Translations under genes and position numbers: made by a program
Shown here: positions 63,162 to 64,000 of the stretch, in pieces
Position numbering within the stretch: position 1 is the first letter of the stretch
Layout of the letters: each line of letters begins with the position of its first letter
Origin: Bugula neritina
Lineage: Eukaryota > Animalia > Bryozoa
NCBI GenBank assembly: GCA_964035545.1
Contig: OZ037773.1
Location: forward strand, 2,261,751 to 2,325,750
Length of the DNA: 64,000 nucleotides
Direction of reading: 5' to 3'
Notes under the pieces: generated by a model
Seen by the model: only the letters and a program-made list of their open reading frames with translations
Database searches by the model: none
What the model was told of the DNA's origin: nothing

Positions 63162-64000
<839 letters not shown>

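Overview
AT-rich, intron-rich eukaryotic DNA, most likely from an invertebrate animal. The left 35 kb carries ordinary host genes: the 3' part of an SLC16/MCT-like MFS transporter, a PHF7/G2E3-like PHD/RING gene with a complete profilin gene nested antisense in one intron, an ACP7-like purple acid phosphatase, and an intronless rhodopsin-class GPCR. It also holds a gene the ORF track misses: a 100-aa MIEN1/SELENOW2-type selenoprotein on the minus strand, with an in-frame TGA in a CxxU motif, a C-terminal CaaX box and a type II SECIS. SINEs, MITEs and satellites are scattered through this part. At 36.6-38.4 kb is a histone H2B 'shell' (promoter, first 23 codons, 3' UTR and stem-loop) whose coding body is replaced by intron-containing pieces of another gene. 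From about 38.8 to 61 kb is a repeatedly duplicated mosaic of decayed Polinton/Maverick genes (pPolB, integrase, capsid, adenain, two small conserved ORFs). These are joined to H2B halves, Gypsy pol, BEL/Pao and host-gene fragments, and every recognisable piece is on the + strand. The window ends with a Penelope-like GIY-YIG remnant, a hammerhead ribozyme and a (TA/TACA)n tract. All calls and exon boundaries were read by eye and no database searches were run.
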